Below are positions 1 to 14,044 of a DNA stretch of 64,000 nt, one piece after another (the stretch's first letter is position 1; each line of letters opens with the position of its first letter). Made by a program: the position numbers and the translations under genes. The DNA lies in the NCBI RefSeq assembly GCF_009834535.1, contig NC_045697.1, positions 82,710,001-82,774,000 of the forward strand. Direction: 5' to 3'. The stretch comes from Camelus ferus (taxonomy: Eukaryota). The notes beneath the pieces are model-generated. The model was not told the origin of the DNA. It saw only the letters and a program-made list of their open reading frames with translations, and ran no database searches.

Positions 1-384
1 TCATTAGGGGAGAGAGCTTGTGTTTAAATCTGGATACAGCAAATACAGGTGGGGATTTATATGCAATGAACAGAATAAGAGGGTCATTGGATGGAAAATC
101 ACTAAAAAGAAACATCAAGGGTAAGAGATTCTTGCTAAACTGGCCTAATAGGATTCTTGCTAAAGGCTGATGAAAGATTTACACATCAAAAGTGAGCGAT
201 GAGTAACTGGAGAAGATATCACGAATGGTCAGATATCAAGGGTGGGGAGATGACTTAGCAGAATTCTTTGCTAAGGTTGGGATAGACAGCTTAAAGACAG
301 GACGGGGACTAAGGTCCAAGCCTAGTCAAAAAGAATACTTTGAGGAACATGACCAACGTTTGGTCAAGGAGAGAGTCTTTGTCA
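1..384 (-). mobile_element. ERV1-class LTR, MER31/MER67-like (truncated by window edge)
   Basis: Reverse complement begins TGACAAAGACTCTCTCCTTGACCAAAC, a characteristic LTR start; repeated TTCTTGCTAA motifs. Confidence 0.7.
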
Positions 385-2164
385 CCACTCCCTTATATTT
401 AAGAATTGGTATAGTTGTCATTATATTTTATTCATATATCAGAATAATGAAATCATCTATATAAATGGAAATGACACGTGTTATTTTAGTCTTTATTTTA
501 TAGACTTACATAAACAGATAACTAAACCAACAACTTACTAATAAAATCCAGAATATAATCAAGTTCCTCTGGTACTACAGTCACATGTTTTAGTTTGCTT
601 CATAAATACTTTTTGCTTTTCTCATGTATGGATATTACCTTCCTTCAAAGAGGATCAACTTTCCTATCTAAACAAGGGGTCTATTTTAATAGCATTTAAT
701 CTAGCAGGCAAAAATTAAACTATTTTCTTCAACCTCAAAATGACATCAAGAAACTGTTGACTCTAAAGAATGTTCTTCTAAAGTTGATATTAAACAGGCA
801 TTTGTGAATTCTTAGAAATTAAGATAAAAATCTTATAACTAAGATTGTGCTTTGGCTATGTAGAAATGCTCTTAGGACACACAGTATATTTAAATGCAAG
901 TTAGAAAAAGATGAGGAAGAGATAAAGGAAGAGGAGAAGAAGGGAAAGCAGTGGGATGAGAATGAGAGGAGGGGGAGGGGAGAGGAAAAAAATGTACACA
1001 ATAGAGGGGAGAAAATTTGGTCTTTTAGCTGGATTATCTAAATGCCACACTCAATTAACTTTAAACTATCGACATCAAAGTGATATGTTAGCAAGAACAT
1101 ATAATAGAGTATTCTTCTGGAATCTTTCAGAATTTAATTTACTATCCAATATGATACTTTACAAGTACAACAATACATTATGGTTTACATGCTATAGTAT
1201 ACAAATAATCACTAGCAAGTTGATACACAACTTTAGAAACTGCCTTTAAAAATTCAGTATTAAAGATCAAAGGAAAAAGTATTTTAAAACAAAAGAATAT
1301 TTCTGTAAACATATGTTAAATTATTTCCTCTGCTGGTACAGAGGAATGAGCACTTGGATCATTTTATTTTCCACTGTCCAAAGGAAACTAGACTTTTGCT
1401 AATGACAAAATGCATATTTTACGTAAAAGATTAAATACATTGTATTCGTAAAAATGTTCCTTCCAATATTCTTCTTGTAAGTTTGCCCTGTTGAGTTACT
1501 TCTGCTCAGTTTGTTTATTAAAACTGAATGCCATGAAGAATATTTTGTAGAAGTAATACATTTGTTGTTGCTATTTTTGTTGGCAATAGGAATGCAAATT
1601 ACAGGGTTAATTTCATTAACAAACAAATTTTTTTATTTCAAATGTGTTATTAGCTGAGGCAACTTATGCAGATTTTTATTATTTAGAAGATACGTTCCCA
1701 ATGCCATGATTCTCCATTTTGGGAAAGATATGTATTTTTAATAAAATAAAATACATATATATATAATATATGTATATATATATACACCAATTTGATACTC
1801 TTTATAATAGCTACAAAATATTCACCCCTAATTAAAGGAGCAATCCAATTACTAGCATGCTATTCTAAAAATAGCCTTATAGCCTCTTAAATGCCGATAA
1901 AAGCTTTGCTACTAAAGCTAATATAAGTCCTCTATTTGAAATAACATTGAGCCAAAAAGGGCCTACTTGTATGGATATAGTATATCTTGTGTGTTTCACT
2001 TAGAATGTTTTCTGGCTGTAAGACAGAACAAGCAAACCACAAAACTTATTAGTTTGATGTCGAAATAATACAAAATCCAGCGGTAAGTTTGGTTTATTCT
2101 TATTGGGTAACTGGGCTACACGCTTATTTATTTTTAAGAAGAAAATACTGCAATGATGATCTTA

Positions 2165-2728
2165 ATTCAGGTTCCTGAATGTGCCAGGAGTCCACAAAAC
2201 AATCCTCCATTTTAATGATTCAAAAGAAGAACTCACAGATTTCAGAAGCTATTATGCTCACGTTTACAATTTACAACAGTGAAAGGAAACAAATGAAAAT
2301 CAGCAAAAAGAAAGAGTTCACGGGGCGCAGTCCAGGAGAAACCAGCACATGTTTCCAGCCGTTCTCAAAATTGCTCCTATTGGAGGCACCTCAGGATGCA
2401 CTTAATTCTCCCAGCAACAACGTGTAACACCACATTCAAACTGTTGCCAACTCGGGGAGCTCACAGGGGCAGTGCCTACATGACTGACCTCAGCTACTCA
2501 GACTCCAACGGACCCCCACCCACCCATGACCAGCATCCATGGTCTATCACATAGTTAGGATATACTTATCCATTCATACAGCCCAGCTCAAGGCCTCAGG
2601 CAAACCTCTTATCAGGCAGAATACTCCAAGGGCTAAGAGGTTGTCTGCCAGGAGCCAACCGAAGGCCCTTCTTTGGAATATGCAGCGTTGGAGCAAGCCA
2701 GGTCTGCTGAGTTAATCCTCTTCTGACC
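2165..2728 (-). mobile_element. LTR, MER21/MER77-like
   Basis: Motifs GAACTCACAG...CAGTGAAAGGA...AAAATCAGCAAA and terminal CTGCTGAGTTAATCCT typical of the MER21 group. Confidence 0.6.
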
Positions 2729-3279
2729 AGTGGGCCAAACACAGACAAGGCAGATGGGTATCGTGACTGTGCTCAACGATTCAGGACTCACTCCTGGATT
2801 GGAGGTGGTTTTCCAAAACTGTAATTGCTGTTCCAGGAGAGAGAGGGATGAAGTGAGGGTAAAGGTCTCAATTACAGCAGTGCAATTTCTCTACTCACGA
2901 GCATTCTCTATAGTCAAACATGAAAGTGAAAGGAATAAAGAAGCTGGTTAGGAAAAGAAAACGTCAGTGAAGAAATCCGCCAGTAAGTGGAAATGCTATT
3001 TCCAAGTATCTTAAACACAAATTAATTTCTCTATTTGGGGGAAGCTAAGCGATTATTCATTAGGGTATTATTTTTGTTGTTGTTGAATTCAAGTATTAAG
3101 TTAATAGTAAATACATAATGTATAATTTTTAAAGAATGGTATTACTATATCAAAGAAAATCTAACTTGGAGGACGTCAATAAATCACTAATTTAAGATGT
3201 AGTCAATCAATGAATTTTTCTGAATTACAAATGTTACACAAGAGTAAAGCTTTTATCCCAAAGTACTCTGTGATTTAGG

Positions 3280-3425
3280 AAAAACAGTCATTGAATCTCT
3301 TTTCCGTCAATACAATATGTGTGATCTTGCATAGCTTATTTAATCTCTCTCTTCCTCAAATTTATCGTCTCTAAAATCAGATGATGACTCTTACTCTGCA
3401 GAATATGTAGGATTAAAAAATAAAC
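3280..3425 (+). mobile_element. MIR SINE fragment
   Basis: TGTGTGATCTTG...TTATTTAATCTCTCT...CCTCA...TCTAAAAT resembles the MIR core. Confidence 0.55.
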
Positions 3426-3689
3426 CAATAGAGATTTGATAAGAAATAGACTTTTTTCTCAAAGTTGTGCTTAGGACGACTAAAATTAGGTCTTGTTTTA
3501 GGACAGAGGTATCAAAAAGTGAGATCCTTGAGTAAGTTACTGTCACAATTAGGTAATTATTCAGGAATCTCAGACATTCAAACTCTCAGGAGCTACTATT
3601 CACCTATTTTTGTTCTCTTGTGGAAAAATATATTTTCTTATTTATTTATATGAAATTTGCTAATTCGTTTTTATAGCATATGAAAGGGT

Positions 3690-4090
3690 CTAGATTGAGC
3701 TAAAATCCAGAATCTCAAATCATTTTTAATGTTGCCTCTGGGTGTTTGCTAAATGTGAGTCAGGCACTTAGATGCCCATCCGCATGCTACATAATAGCAT
3801 TTCAATTTATTTCTTCGCTCAGGTTAAAGAAAACTGTGGGCATTCTCTCCTCCAGACTTTTCTTCTCATCCGGGATTGCGGCCCATGTTAGGCTTCCATT
3901 CCTTCCTTAATGGTGTGTTTTTCTTTTTTCTTTTCAGTTTTGCTCCTTCTTCTATGATTCTTCAATCATCTGCACACCACTAACTGCCTTCCTGAGCAAG
4001 CAAACATTCTCAGGGCTCTGCTATCTTAAAAGATCAAAGGCTCCCTCCAAGTGTCACCTATTCCTAACATATTCACCATCTACATCTCTC
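3690..4090 (-). mobile_element. Degraded L2 fragment
   Basis: Pyrimidine-rich, diverged L2-like sequence; boundaries and strand approximate. Confidence 0.3.
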
Positions 4091-5779
4091 AGTTTATAGA
4101 CGCCTCAGGAACAATAACATGAAAGGATCAATCAGAAACAGAGAAACTTGAAAAGTAACAAAACAACATGAGGAAACTCCCACCCTCCACCTCCTGCCAA
4201 ATACACACGAACACTGAAGACAGTGATCAGCACTGTGAAAGACTAAGGAAAGAAAAGTATCACACAAATATGACAAAGGAGATTTTTCTCTATGACTTTT
4301 ACTCATTTTTCAAATTTCACTGACAACCAAAATGGTGTTTTCTTTTTAATATATAATTTTTTTTCTTTCTTACATATTTCTCCTTTTAATGTGATGGCAA
4401 AGCAAGTGATACATTTCATATAAAAGAAAAGAAATTAACAAGCAAGTATTTTCTGTTGCTAATTTTCCACAGTTAGTGGGATTAGGAAGAGATATTTTTA
4501 TTCAGTATAGAAAATGTCTTTTTATCTCTTTGATGTCTAACAGCTTTTGTTCAGTTTCTGTACAAATTAAAATGTGAAATTAAAGCTCTAAGAATTCACC
4601 AATAAATTTTAATGAGATTAACATTTACACAGAAGAATCCATACTCTCAAAATATCTCTAAGGGAACTTATTTTCTATAGTAAATATCATCTTACTCACA
4701 AACTCTAATTTCCACTGATGGAAGGGAAAAGGAAAAAAAAAATAGAGGATTAAACATATCATTATCCCCCCACCTTTTTTCCCTCAGTCTAAATGAGTTA
4801 TTTAGGGACATTTTACTCCATCAAGTGTAACATTCAAACTCCCTATGCAATCTGTCCCCTGGGGTACTCCCCACCCTCCTCATTTCCTGATGTGTATGAG
4901 GACACAGAAACACTTACTTTCCTTTAAGAAGAAATCTCAATCACTTTATGTAAGTTGCCACTGACTTCCAGTTGTGTTTGACTGCTTTAAGTGTGGATCG
5001 AGCTCTCCCTTGGTGGTTGCAGTACAGGGAACTGGCAGTGTGCTCTTGGGGTAGGGCCATAGCCCCCAGGAACCTGAGCTCTAGCTCCCTCCTGCCTTGA
5101 TGCCACTTAGCCTCTCGCTGGCCTTCAGATCCTCTGATGTCTGGCTGCAAATACTATAGTCCATGGCTTGGTGATCCTCCCTGCCGCTCTCAGTTAAAGA
5201 ATTCCTTAGCCCTTTAATGATGGGACCTCCTTGGTACCTTACCAGTCAAGTCAGCTATCTTTTATGCGGTCCCCGGAATTTTTGTAGTCCTCTGGCCACT
5301 AGTGAGCAAGAGAAACTGAAAAGTGCTGTTTCCTCCTGAGAGGACACTTCCGTCTGCTTCCACTCTCCTCTCCTGTGCCACCTTGTGGTCCAGCAGGGAA
5401 GTAGGGAAATCTGCAGGTATTCCTTTAGCCTTTTGCCGCCTCCCCATCTCAATACCCAAACTATCCCTATGTAGGGTGCGCTGGGTGCTTGATAATCTCT
5501 CTTTCCTTCAGGTCAGTTCTCTTCACACTCCCGTCTTCAGCCCTACCATCTACAAGGACGCCCCTCTTCCTCCCCAGACAAGAAGAAACTGGTGTGAGCA
5601 TACACCGAGTTCTTTCTACTTTGAGTGTGTATAGTCAGACATCAAAATATTGGTCCTGGTAAATAAAGGATTTTCTCATTCAATAGAAGCTAACTTTCAA
5701 GTATCTTGACATAAAATTATTTCAGTATTTTCATATTTATTTACTCCACTGCAAATGTACTTTCCATAAAAGACTTGAG

Positions 5780-6290
5780 ATGAGGTCTAGTTTTATATAA
5801 TTACATACAGATTGCCAGTTTTTTGAGCAACATATATTAACTTAACCCGTTCTTTCTCACTGATTAAACTAACAGCGATATTGAATATTGATCTTCATAT
5901 ATACTGAAATCTCTTCCTGGATACCTTACTCTGCTTCACTCATTTCTCTATTCCTAAATCATGTTGATTACATTGTAAATCCTTTATCATACATTGTAAA
6001 ATTTGGTAAGGCAAGTAAGTACATATTATGGGTCTTTAATTGATAATATTGTGGGATAATCTAATACACTTATTAACCTATTAATTTTAATATCACTTTA
6101 TACAATCCCCCTATGTTTATTTAAATTCTGAAAGGAAATTTGTATAAAAAAGGTAATTTTATTTTCTGTGATATTAAATCTCCCTCTCTAAGAACACTGT
6201 ATGCCATTCCACTTGTTCACTTGCTCTTTTGAAACTTTTTAAGTATTATACTAAATATGTGGGTCTTAAGGTTCAATCCTTAGGCAGGTA
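5780..6290 (-). mobile_element. Old L1 (L1M) ORF2 fragment
   Basis: Degraded antisense L1 motifs (CAGTTTTTTGAGCAACAT, GGTAAGGCAAGT). Confidence 0.45.
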
Positions 6291-7402
6291 ATTTTCCCTC
6301 AAAACTGCATCCAGGAGCCTGCTATCTGGGGCTGTGAGGGGGTGACTGACTGGGCTAAAGGATGCCCTAGAGCTGGTCAAATACTCCTACCACTACTATT
6401 CACTATCTTGAAGAATGATAATCAACTGCATACAGATGTTTTTAATTTCCTTTCTTGTATGAAACCAGTGTCATATGAACCATACTTTCCTGGAAAAGTG
6501 CTACTTTTACTCAGCAATATATTCTTAGTCATCTTTCATTTCTGAAGTTTAGTGAAACTGAGAATTCTGAGGGAACTCCATACTATGCCTCAATGAGTAA
6601 ACAGAGAGAGGGGGGAAAAAAGGGGGAATTCCCTCAGGAGACTTTTTTATGAACAATTGCCTCAAATTGAATTTTCTCTCCTAGTGGCTTTGAATTTCCA
6701 GGGCTGGTGTTGACAAACATAGCCCTACCTTATTTAATTCAAGATGAAATAGTTGAAAAAGAGCTGATTGACTCAAAAATTATGACACATTGCTCCAAAA
6801 GTCAAATTGGTTAACAATGATTATTTCTAGCCACTTATTTTCAAGAACTTAAAATGTTGTGCACAGTAGGGGTGCTTTGTCACTGTATTGGACCTTTCAG
6901 CGTTTTCATCCTTGTATCTAAATCTGGGGGACATTTTCACAAACTCTGAGATGTTTTTGAAAATTTACACATGATTCTTAGGATCATAGTTCAATTTCGT
7001 ATGTGTAAACATGTCACTGAATGTGATTAAAATTGTACGTGATTCCTTCCTAAGGCATCAGTCTTGAAAGGAGAAATTGTTTTACAGGATAGCAACTACA
7101 CTGAGTGGTGTAAATTATATTTAAATGCTACCTGAAGCCCTGCTTTCACAGAATTAAAAATGCAAGGAAAAAGGTAAGAACATCTCCATAGAGACAATAT
7201 AGCCACCATTAGGCACTTACAAATTAATTTTTAAAATAAAAATACTTCACAAAATGTAAAATTCCTTTCAAATGGTTTTTAAGTTTCTTAGTCATCCATT
7301 TTTATGAAAATAAATACTTAAATAATTTCAAAACAATCATTGGTAGTTTTTTGCTTTCAGACAATTCAATAAGAGTCAGGACAAAATTTAAAGTGCATGA
7401 AA

Positions 7403-9338
7403 GTATTCAAAAATCAGTTGCATTTCTTTACACTAATGATGAATCAACAGAAAAAGAAAATAAAGAAACAATCCCCTTTAAAATAGCACCCAAAGTAATA
7501 AAATACCTAGTAATAAATCTAACCAAGGAGGTGAAAGAATTATACCCAGAAAACTATAAACCATTGATGAAGGAAATTAAAGAAGACTTTAAAAAAATGG
7601 AAAGATATCCCATGCTCTTGGATTGGAAGAATCAATATTGTTAAATGGTCACACTGCCCAAGGCAATCTACAGATTTAATGCAATCCCTATCAAATTACC
7701 CAGGACATATTTCACAGAACTAGAACAAATCATAATAAAATTTATATCAAAGACCTAGAATTGCCAAAGCATTACTGAAGAGAAAGAAAGAGGCTGGAGG
7801 AATAACTCTCCCCAACTTCAGACAATACTATAGAGCTACAGTCATCAAGACAGCATGGTGTTGGTACAAAAACAGACATATAGACCAAATGGAACAGAAT
7901 AGAGAGCCCAGAAATGAACCCACAAACTTTTGGTCAACTAATCTTTGACAAAGGAGGCAAGAATATACAATGGAATAAAGACAGTCTCTTCAGCAAATGG
8001 TGTTGGGAAAACTGGACAGCAGCGTGTAAAACAATGAAGGTAGAACACTCCCTTACACCATACACAAAAATCAACTCAAAATGGATCAAAGACTTAAACA
8101 TAAGACAAGATGCAATAAACCTCCTAGAAGAAAATACAGGCAAAACATTATCTGACATACATCTCAAAAATGTTCTCCTAGAACAGTCTACTCAAGCAAT
8201 AGAAATAAAAGCAAGAATAAACAAATGGGACCTAATGAAACTTACAAGCTTCTGTACAGCAAAGGATACCATAAGTAAAACAAAAAGACAACCTACAGAA
8301 AGGTAAAAAATTTTTGCAAATGAAACTGACAAAGGCTTGATCTCCAGAATATATAAGCAGCTCACACGACTTAATAAGGAAAAAACCAACAACCCAATCC
8401 AAAAATGGGCAGACGACCTAAACAAGCAATTCTCCAAGGAAGACATACAAATAATAGGCACATGAAAAAAATGCTTAATATCACTAATTATCAGAGAAAT
8501 GCAAATCAAAACTACAATGAGGTATCACCTCACACCAGTCTGAATGGCCATCATTCAAAAATCCACAAATGACAAACGCTGGAGAGGCTGTGGAGAAAAG
8601 GGAACCCTCCTACACTGCTGGTAGGAATGTAGTTTGGTGCAGCCAAACTACATTCTGTGGAAAACACTATGGCGATTCCTCAAAAGACTAGAAATAGACT
8701 TACCATAGGACCCAGGAATCCTGCTCTTGGGCGTATATCCAGAAGGAACCCTACTTCAAAATGACACCTGCACCCCAATGTTTATAGCAGCACTATTTAC
8801 AATAGCCAAGACATGAAAACAGCCTAAATGTCCATCAGCAGATGACTGGATAAAGAAGTGGTATACTTATACAATGGAATACTCTTCAGCCATAAAAACT
8901 GACAACATAACACCATTTGCAGCAACATGGATGCTCCTGGAGAATGTCATTCTAAGTGAAGTAAGCCAGAAAAAGAAAGAAAAATACCATATGATATCAC
9001 TTATATATGGAATCTAAAAAGAAAAATATATACATGAACTAGTTTACAAAACAGAAACAGACTCACAGCTAGAGAAAACAAACTTATGGTTACCAATGGG
9101 GAAAAGGGGTGATAAGGGATAAATTGGGAGTTCAAGATTTGCAGATACTAACTACTATATATAAAATAGATAAACAACAAGGTCCTGCTACATAGCACAG
9201 GGAACTATACTCAGTATTTTGTAGTAACCTATAATGAAATAGAATATGATAAGGAATGTATGTATCTAATACTGAAACATTATACTGTACAGCAGAAATT
9301 GACACAACATTGTAAACTGATTATACTTCAATAAAAAA
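7403..9338 (+). mobile_element. Young 5'-truncated LINE-1 (ORF2 C-terminal part and 3' UTR) with target-site duplication
   Basis: ORFs 7351..7644 (IQKSVAFLYTN...KYL.INLTKEVKELY) and 7914..8306 (QLIFDKG.KNIQWNKDSLFSKWCWENW) are L1 ORF2. AATAAA/A tail present. TSD TAAAGTGCATGAAA at 7389-7402 and 9339-9352. Confidence 0.95.
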
Positions 9339-11159
9339 TAAAGTGCATGAAAACCAGTAGAACAAAAATAACTGAATGAAAACTAAATGTAAACAATCAG
9401 AAAAAGAGGCAAAAATCTAAAACTGGCATGAAACCATCCCCAAGTTGCACATATACACTCACACATATAAAAACAATTAGTGACTAAAAATACATTTGTA
9501 ATTGCAACCAAACTGTTTTTGACTCTGCAGTAACTGAATATAAATATTTTAACTGCCTTTACTTATTTTCTGGTAACATCTGCATTTTCACCATAACAGT
9601 AAAAATGACTAAGTTCAATTGTCCACAGGCAAATCTTGCTGTTTTTGGATATGTGACAGTAAAGCAAAAACAGAAACAAATCTTTATTGTTGTCATATGA
9701 CTTATATAATACCTTTAAAGACATCTTACTCATCAATAGATTAACTGTGAGCTTTTGAAAATTATCATGCCTTCAAAGCCTTTGAAATTATCATGCCTTG
9801 AAATTATCATTCTTTGTTTCTATTGTCTGAGATCCTGCTGCTATAGAAACTTCCATTATCTATCTTTGTGCCTTTTATTCTTTCTGGCTTCTGGTTGCTG
9901 ACAGTACATTACAGAACAGAGACAAGACAAACAATGGAAATCCTGTGACTTACTGTCATTAGGGAGCACACTACAATTCCCAGGATGCACTTTTACAAAA
10001 CTTAAAGCCATTCAATTTTAGGAAAAATAAAATCTTTCCTTAAAATGTTAGAGAACTTCAGGAAAAATAGTTTTACTATAAGTATTAATATTGTTTCAAA
10101 ATAGTTGTAACTGAATAGAATGTAAATACTAGGAGTTTATTAAATAAATATCATCTCTTCAAAAATATCTTACTTTAAATACCCCAGATATTAAAAAAAA
10201 ATAAACTTCACATATTCTTCTTCCTTTTAACTAAATCATCTAACTCATTCAAACTTTTCCACTTACAGTGGATAACATATAGAAGGGAGAGCTCCTTCTT
10301 AATGGCCGCCTTTCTCCAGTAGACCAAACTGACATTCTGAAATAATCTATAGCCTGACTACAGAAAGCTTAAGGGAAATTGAATGCACTCAGCCAGTGAA
10401 TCTTAGACTAGTGTTCCCCTGTTATTAATAAACCGTGTTTGTTTTTCTCTTAAATTCCTGCTTGTTCCCCTATTCATCTGTCTATTATTACACTCAACTC
10501 TCAGGTGTTTATAAATCCTCAATCTATTGTGAAAATATCCTTAAAAAGATATTTCAGTACTGTGACTTTCTCATGGGATCAAAAAGGAGCTTTGTAACAG
10601 AGAAAAGTCTCTTTTATGAGAGAGAAACTGAAACTATGAAACTCATAAAATAAGACAGTATCACAGGGTAAATCGAAGAGTCTATGGAAGATGCAATGTT
10701 AAAACTTTGTCCTGGGAGATTTATATCTACTATAGACTTAAATCAACCTGAAAGATATTTCTGTGAACAAAAGAAGGAAGGAAATCATTTTAGATTTAAA
10801 TTTACTATTAAGTTTTAAGTACATAACCCTGAGTTCTGCTGCTGGTGATTTTTGCTTACAGAAAGCAACAAATAAATATTTGGGTAAAATTGGTGCAGAG
10901 GTCCATTTATCATGTACCAAGCTCTCTTGATAGCTGTGAGAAACTCCATAATCCTGAGCTAGTTTAACATACAAACTTTTATCGACTTCTGGCTAGAATG
11001 GAACTTTCCTATTAACGTATTAATCCTCAGAAGAATTATATATATTCATCTTTTAGTGCTTTCAAAGGGTCAATGTGCTTGATAAAATAACTAATTTACT
11101 CAAGTTTCACTGAGACGTATAAGTATTGACAAAAATCACACCATATCTGCTTTCTAGGC

Positions 11160-11392
11160 CAGAGTTTTCTCAACCTTGAGACTACTGATATTTTCACCAA
11201 GTAATTCTCTGTTGTGAGAGGGTGTCCTATGCAGTATAAAATACTGATAGCATCCTTGAACTTTATTCATTTGATACCAGTAGGTAGCCCCACATCTCTC
11301 AGTTATGATTATCAAAACTGTCTCCAGACATTGTCTGGAGACAAATGTCTCCTTGGACAAGGGGACAAAATCATCCCTGGTTGAGGATCAAT
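11160..11392 (-). mobile_element. MER20 (hAT-Charlie) DNA transposon
   Basis: TTCTCAACC ... TGTCTCCAGACATTG ... GGGGACAAAATCA...CTGGTTGAG, matching MER20 ends and core. Confidence 0.8.
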
Positions 11393-12029
11393 AATTTTTA
11401 GGCTCATTTGAACTTGTAATTCAATATGAATTGGGATTAGATGAATAATTTAAGGACAAATAATGTTTTAAAGTAACATGAAAATGTATGGCCTATAAAA
11501 ATATGCTTGCAAAGTATACACTGTCAAATTTCAGCCTGTATCCATCTTTTCTTTAGAGCTACCAAGCTGTTGCTTGGGTAGGAATGTCCCAGACAATTCA
11601 GAGAAGAGCTACAACAAAATTACCTAGAGCATTACTAAGCATGAGCCTTCATTCTAAATACTGAGGCAATTCCAAAGGAGGATTTTACCTTGGGGGAAGG
11701 AAGGTGGGGTACTTAGAAAACTTAATCACGAGGATGCATGAGATACTTCCAGGAATAGTTGATTAAGACTGGTTTTCAGAAGAGGGAGTAATGCATTTTC
11801 AGTTTAGCAGTGGTTGATAGGATGTTTTGTTATGTTAAAAATGGCAGGGAAGAAAAGCTCTGGCAAGTCAAGGTCTTTATTTCTACAGTGAACACTTGTC
11901 AGTCCTGCAAAATCTTTTCCATATTCCTCTTTGAAGTCTGGCAATGGTTGTTGCTTTTGAACAAAAGAATTGGGGACTCATGGTCTTCACTTATAAGATT
12001 TGTAGGTCTTTCGAGGATGCTATCAAAGC

Positions 12030-12576
12030 AAAACTGCATGAGATAAAAGTTAAGTAGGCAAGAAAGGCTTTAATACTACTGCAATAGGGAAAAGAGACTG
12101 AACTCAGCTCTGCTAAAACAAAAGGTGGGTGGAGTTTTAAGCCCTGGCGTGATCCAGTGGGAAAGTATTGGAGGACATTAGAGGGGAGGTTGACAAATGT
12201 AATCTGAGCACATTGTGTTATTCCTTAGTTGGCAAACAGTTTTCCCTGTGATTAGGCCATGTGTGTCTGCTCATTTGTACCCATCAAGACGCTTATCCTT
12301 TTGTGGAGACTGTGAGGTAGGGATGCTACATCCTTTAATGTTTGCATTTCAAAGAGATGATTTCCAGGTCCTTGAGAAAGACAGTCCTGCACTCTAAAAC
12401 TGGAAGAAAGCTGGAAGAAATGTTACAAACATTTAAAGGGACAGAGAAAGAATTAACATTTACAAGTTTTCTAAAAGTAAATGCTCTAAGAAAAGGGAGG
12501 TCAGTGACCTACAGTCAGAAACCAACTTGTCTCAAGTTTAGTTAAGCTGAGGAAAGGATTAAGGCTATCTTGGTCA
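12030..12576 (-). mobile_element. ERV1-class (MER4-group) solo LTR
   Basis: Reverse complement starts TGACCAAGATAGCCTTAATC and contains CCTCCCTTTTCTTAGAGCATTTAC...TAGAAAACTTGTAA; left boundary approximate. Confidence 0.6.
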
Positions 12577-14044
12577 ATGCTCAAAAAGTGTAATGGATTC
12601 ATACTTATAAATGGGGTTTGTTATTTTTAGTTCCTTACAGCTCAAAGCCAGAGGCATCAAATTCTTTGTAGGGATGGTAGAATCCAGCAAAGGAAACAAA
12701 ATTGTGTTTATACTTGCCTTTCAAAACAGAACCTGGTAAAAAGACTTCAGGCAAAATAGCATGGTGTTGCACTGCCAAAACCATCCACTTGAGAGGAGAA
12801 CCTTTTTTTCTAAACTTCCAAGTTTTTCCTAAATGCCATAAAATAGGATAAATTATCAAAATTCTATAAGAACATTTTTTTCTCATATGAGGAGATAAAA
12901 GTCCTTCATCTTTTGTGGGAATAGAATTTCAGGGAGAAATTTAGTTGGGATAAAACTGGAGAGAAGATCCTCCCCTTTGAGCGAGTTTCCAGTGACCACC
13001 CTTCGCCCTTTTCTGCCAAAACTGGGAAAATGTGACAGCCTTAGGGAGAGTTCCAATAGAAAGAATTTGCTTCTCATTTGACACTCAGACAGAAGAAAAT
13101 CTTGAAAAGTATCAGTGCCAACATGTAGTGGCTGCCCGAGGAAGAATGGCTTAGACAGACAAAGGGAAGGCTGAGGATTATAATTCCTGTTTCTCATGAC
13201 CTGATTATGGTCTGCAGGAAACTTAAATGTTCTTCAATGCCACAGTGGGAGAAAAGGCTTAGACAAACTGCATAGGCAAGCAGATCTAAAGGTTTTGGGG
13301 TTTGGATAAAAAGAGCCCCAAACATGGAGATGTCAAAACTAGGGGCATTTGGAGTGATGACAGACACCAGGAGTAGAGAGTCACACACACCCAGAGGGAG
13401 GTTTGTATGCATTACATCCCTGGTGGGTCTCAGTAAGGATTTGGAGAAGAGCATAGGACTAGAGGGCCCTTCCAGTGACAATTTGCCACCTTCCCCTGGA
13501 GCTAGGGGCCATCAAGGAAGAAAGAAAAAACACAGGAATTGAAAAGACAATGTAAATTGGTATTTTTAAAATTACAACATAGGCAGCATTCTGGAATCCA
13601 AAGGGAAAGAAAAAGAATTAAACTAGAATAAAGCCTATTACTCAATCAGAAATATAATAACACTTTTTATATTAAAAAGTTAATATGGGGTATATGCCTT
13701 TCTCTAGCATTTTGTTATTTAAAAGGAGTTATTTTCTAAACATACAACAATGTAAAACTAACAAGGAATTATAATGATCCAGGACAAATTATATTTGATT
13801 TAATTAAATAATAAAAATACTAAAATAATTACTGGTGCCCACTGCTTGCCAGGCTCAGATACTGGGAGCTGAACTTCTGTTATTTCACAACTAGCTGTTA
13901 GTGTTCTGCTCAAGGCTCCCTGGCTTGTTTACAGGAGGTATTAACAATTACCGTGAGTGCCATTAGTTTTTATTATCAAAATCATATGCTGCAGCGATTT
14001 CAAAATAAAATTACTCATGAGCCAGGTTGGATTAATACAACAAT

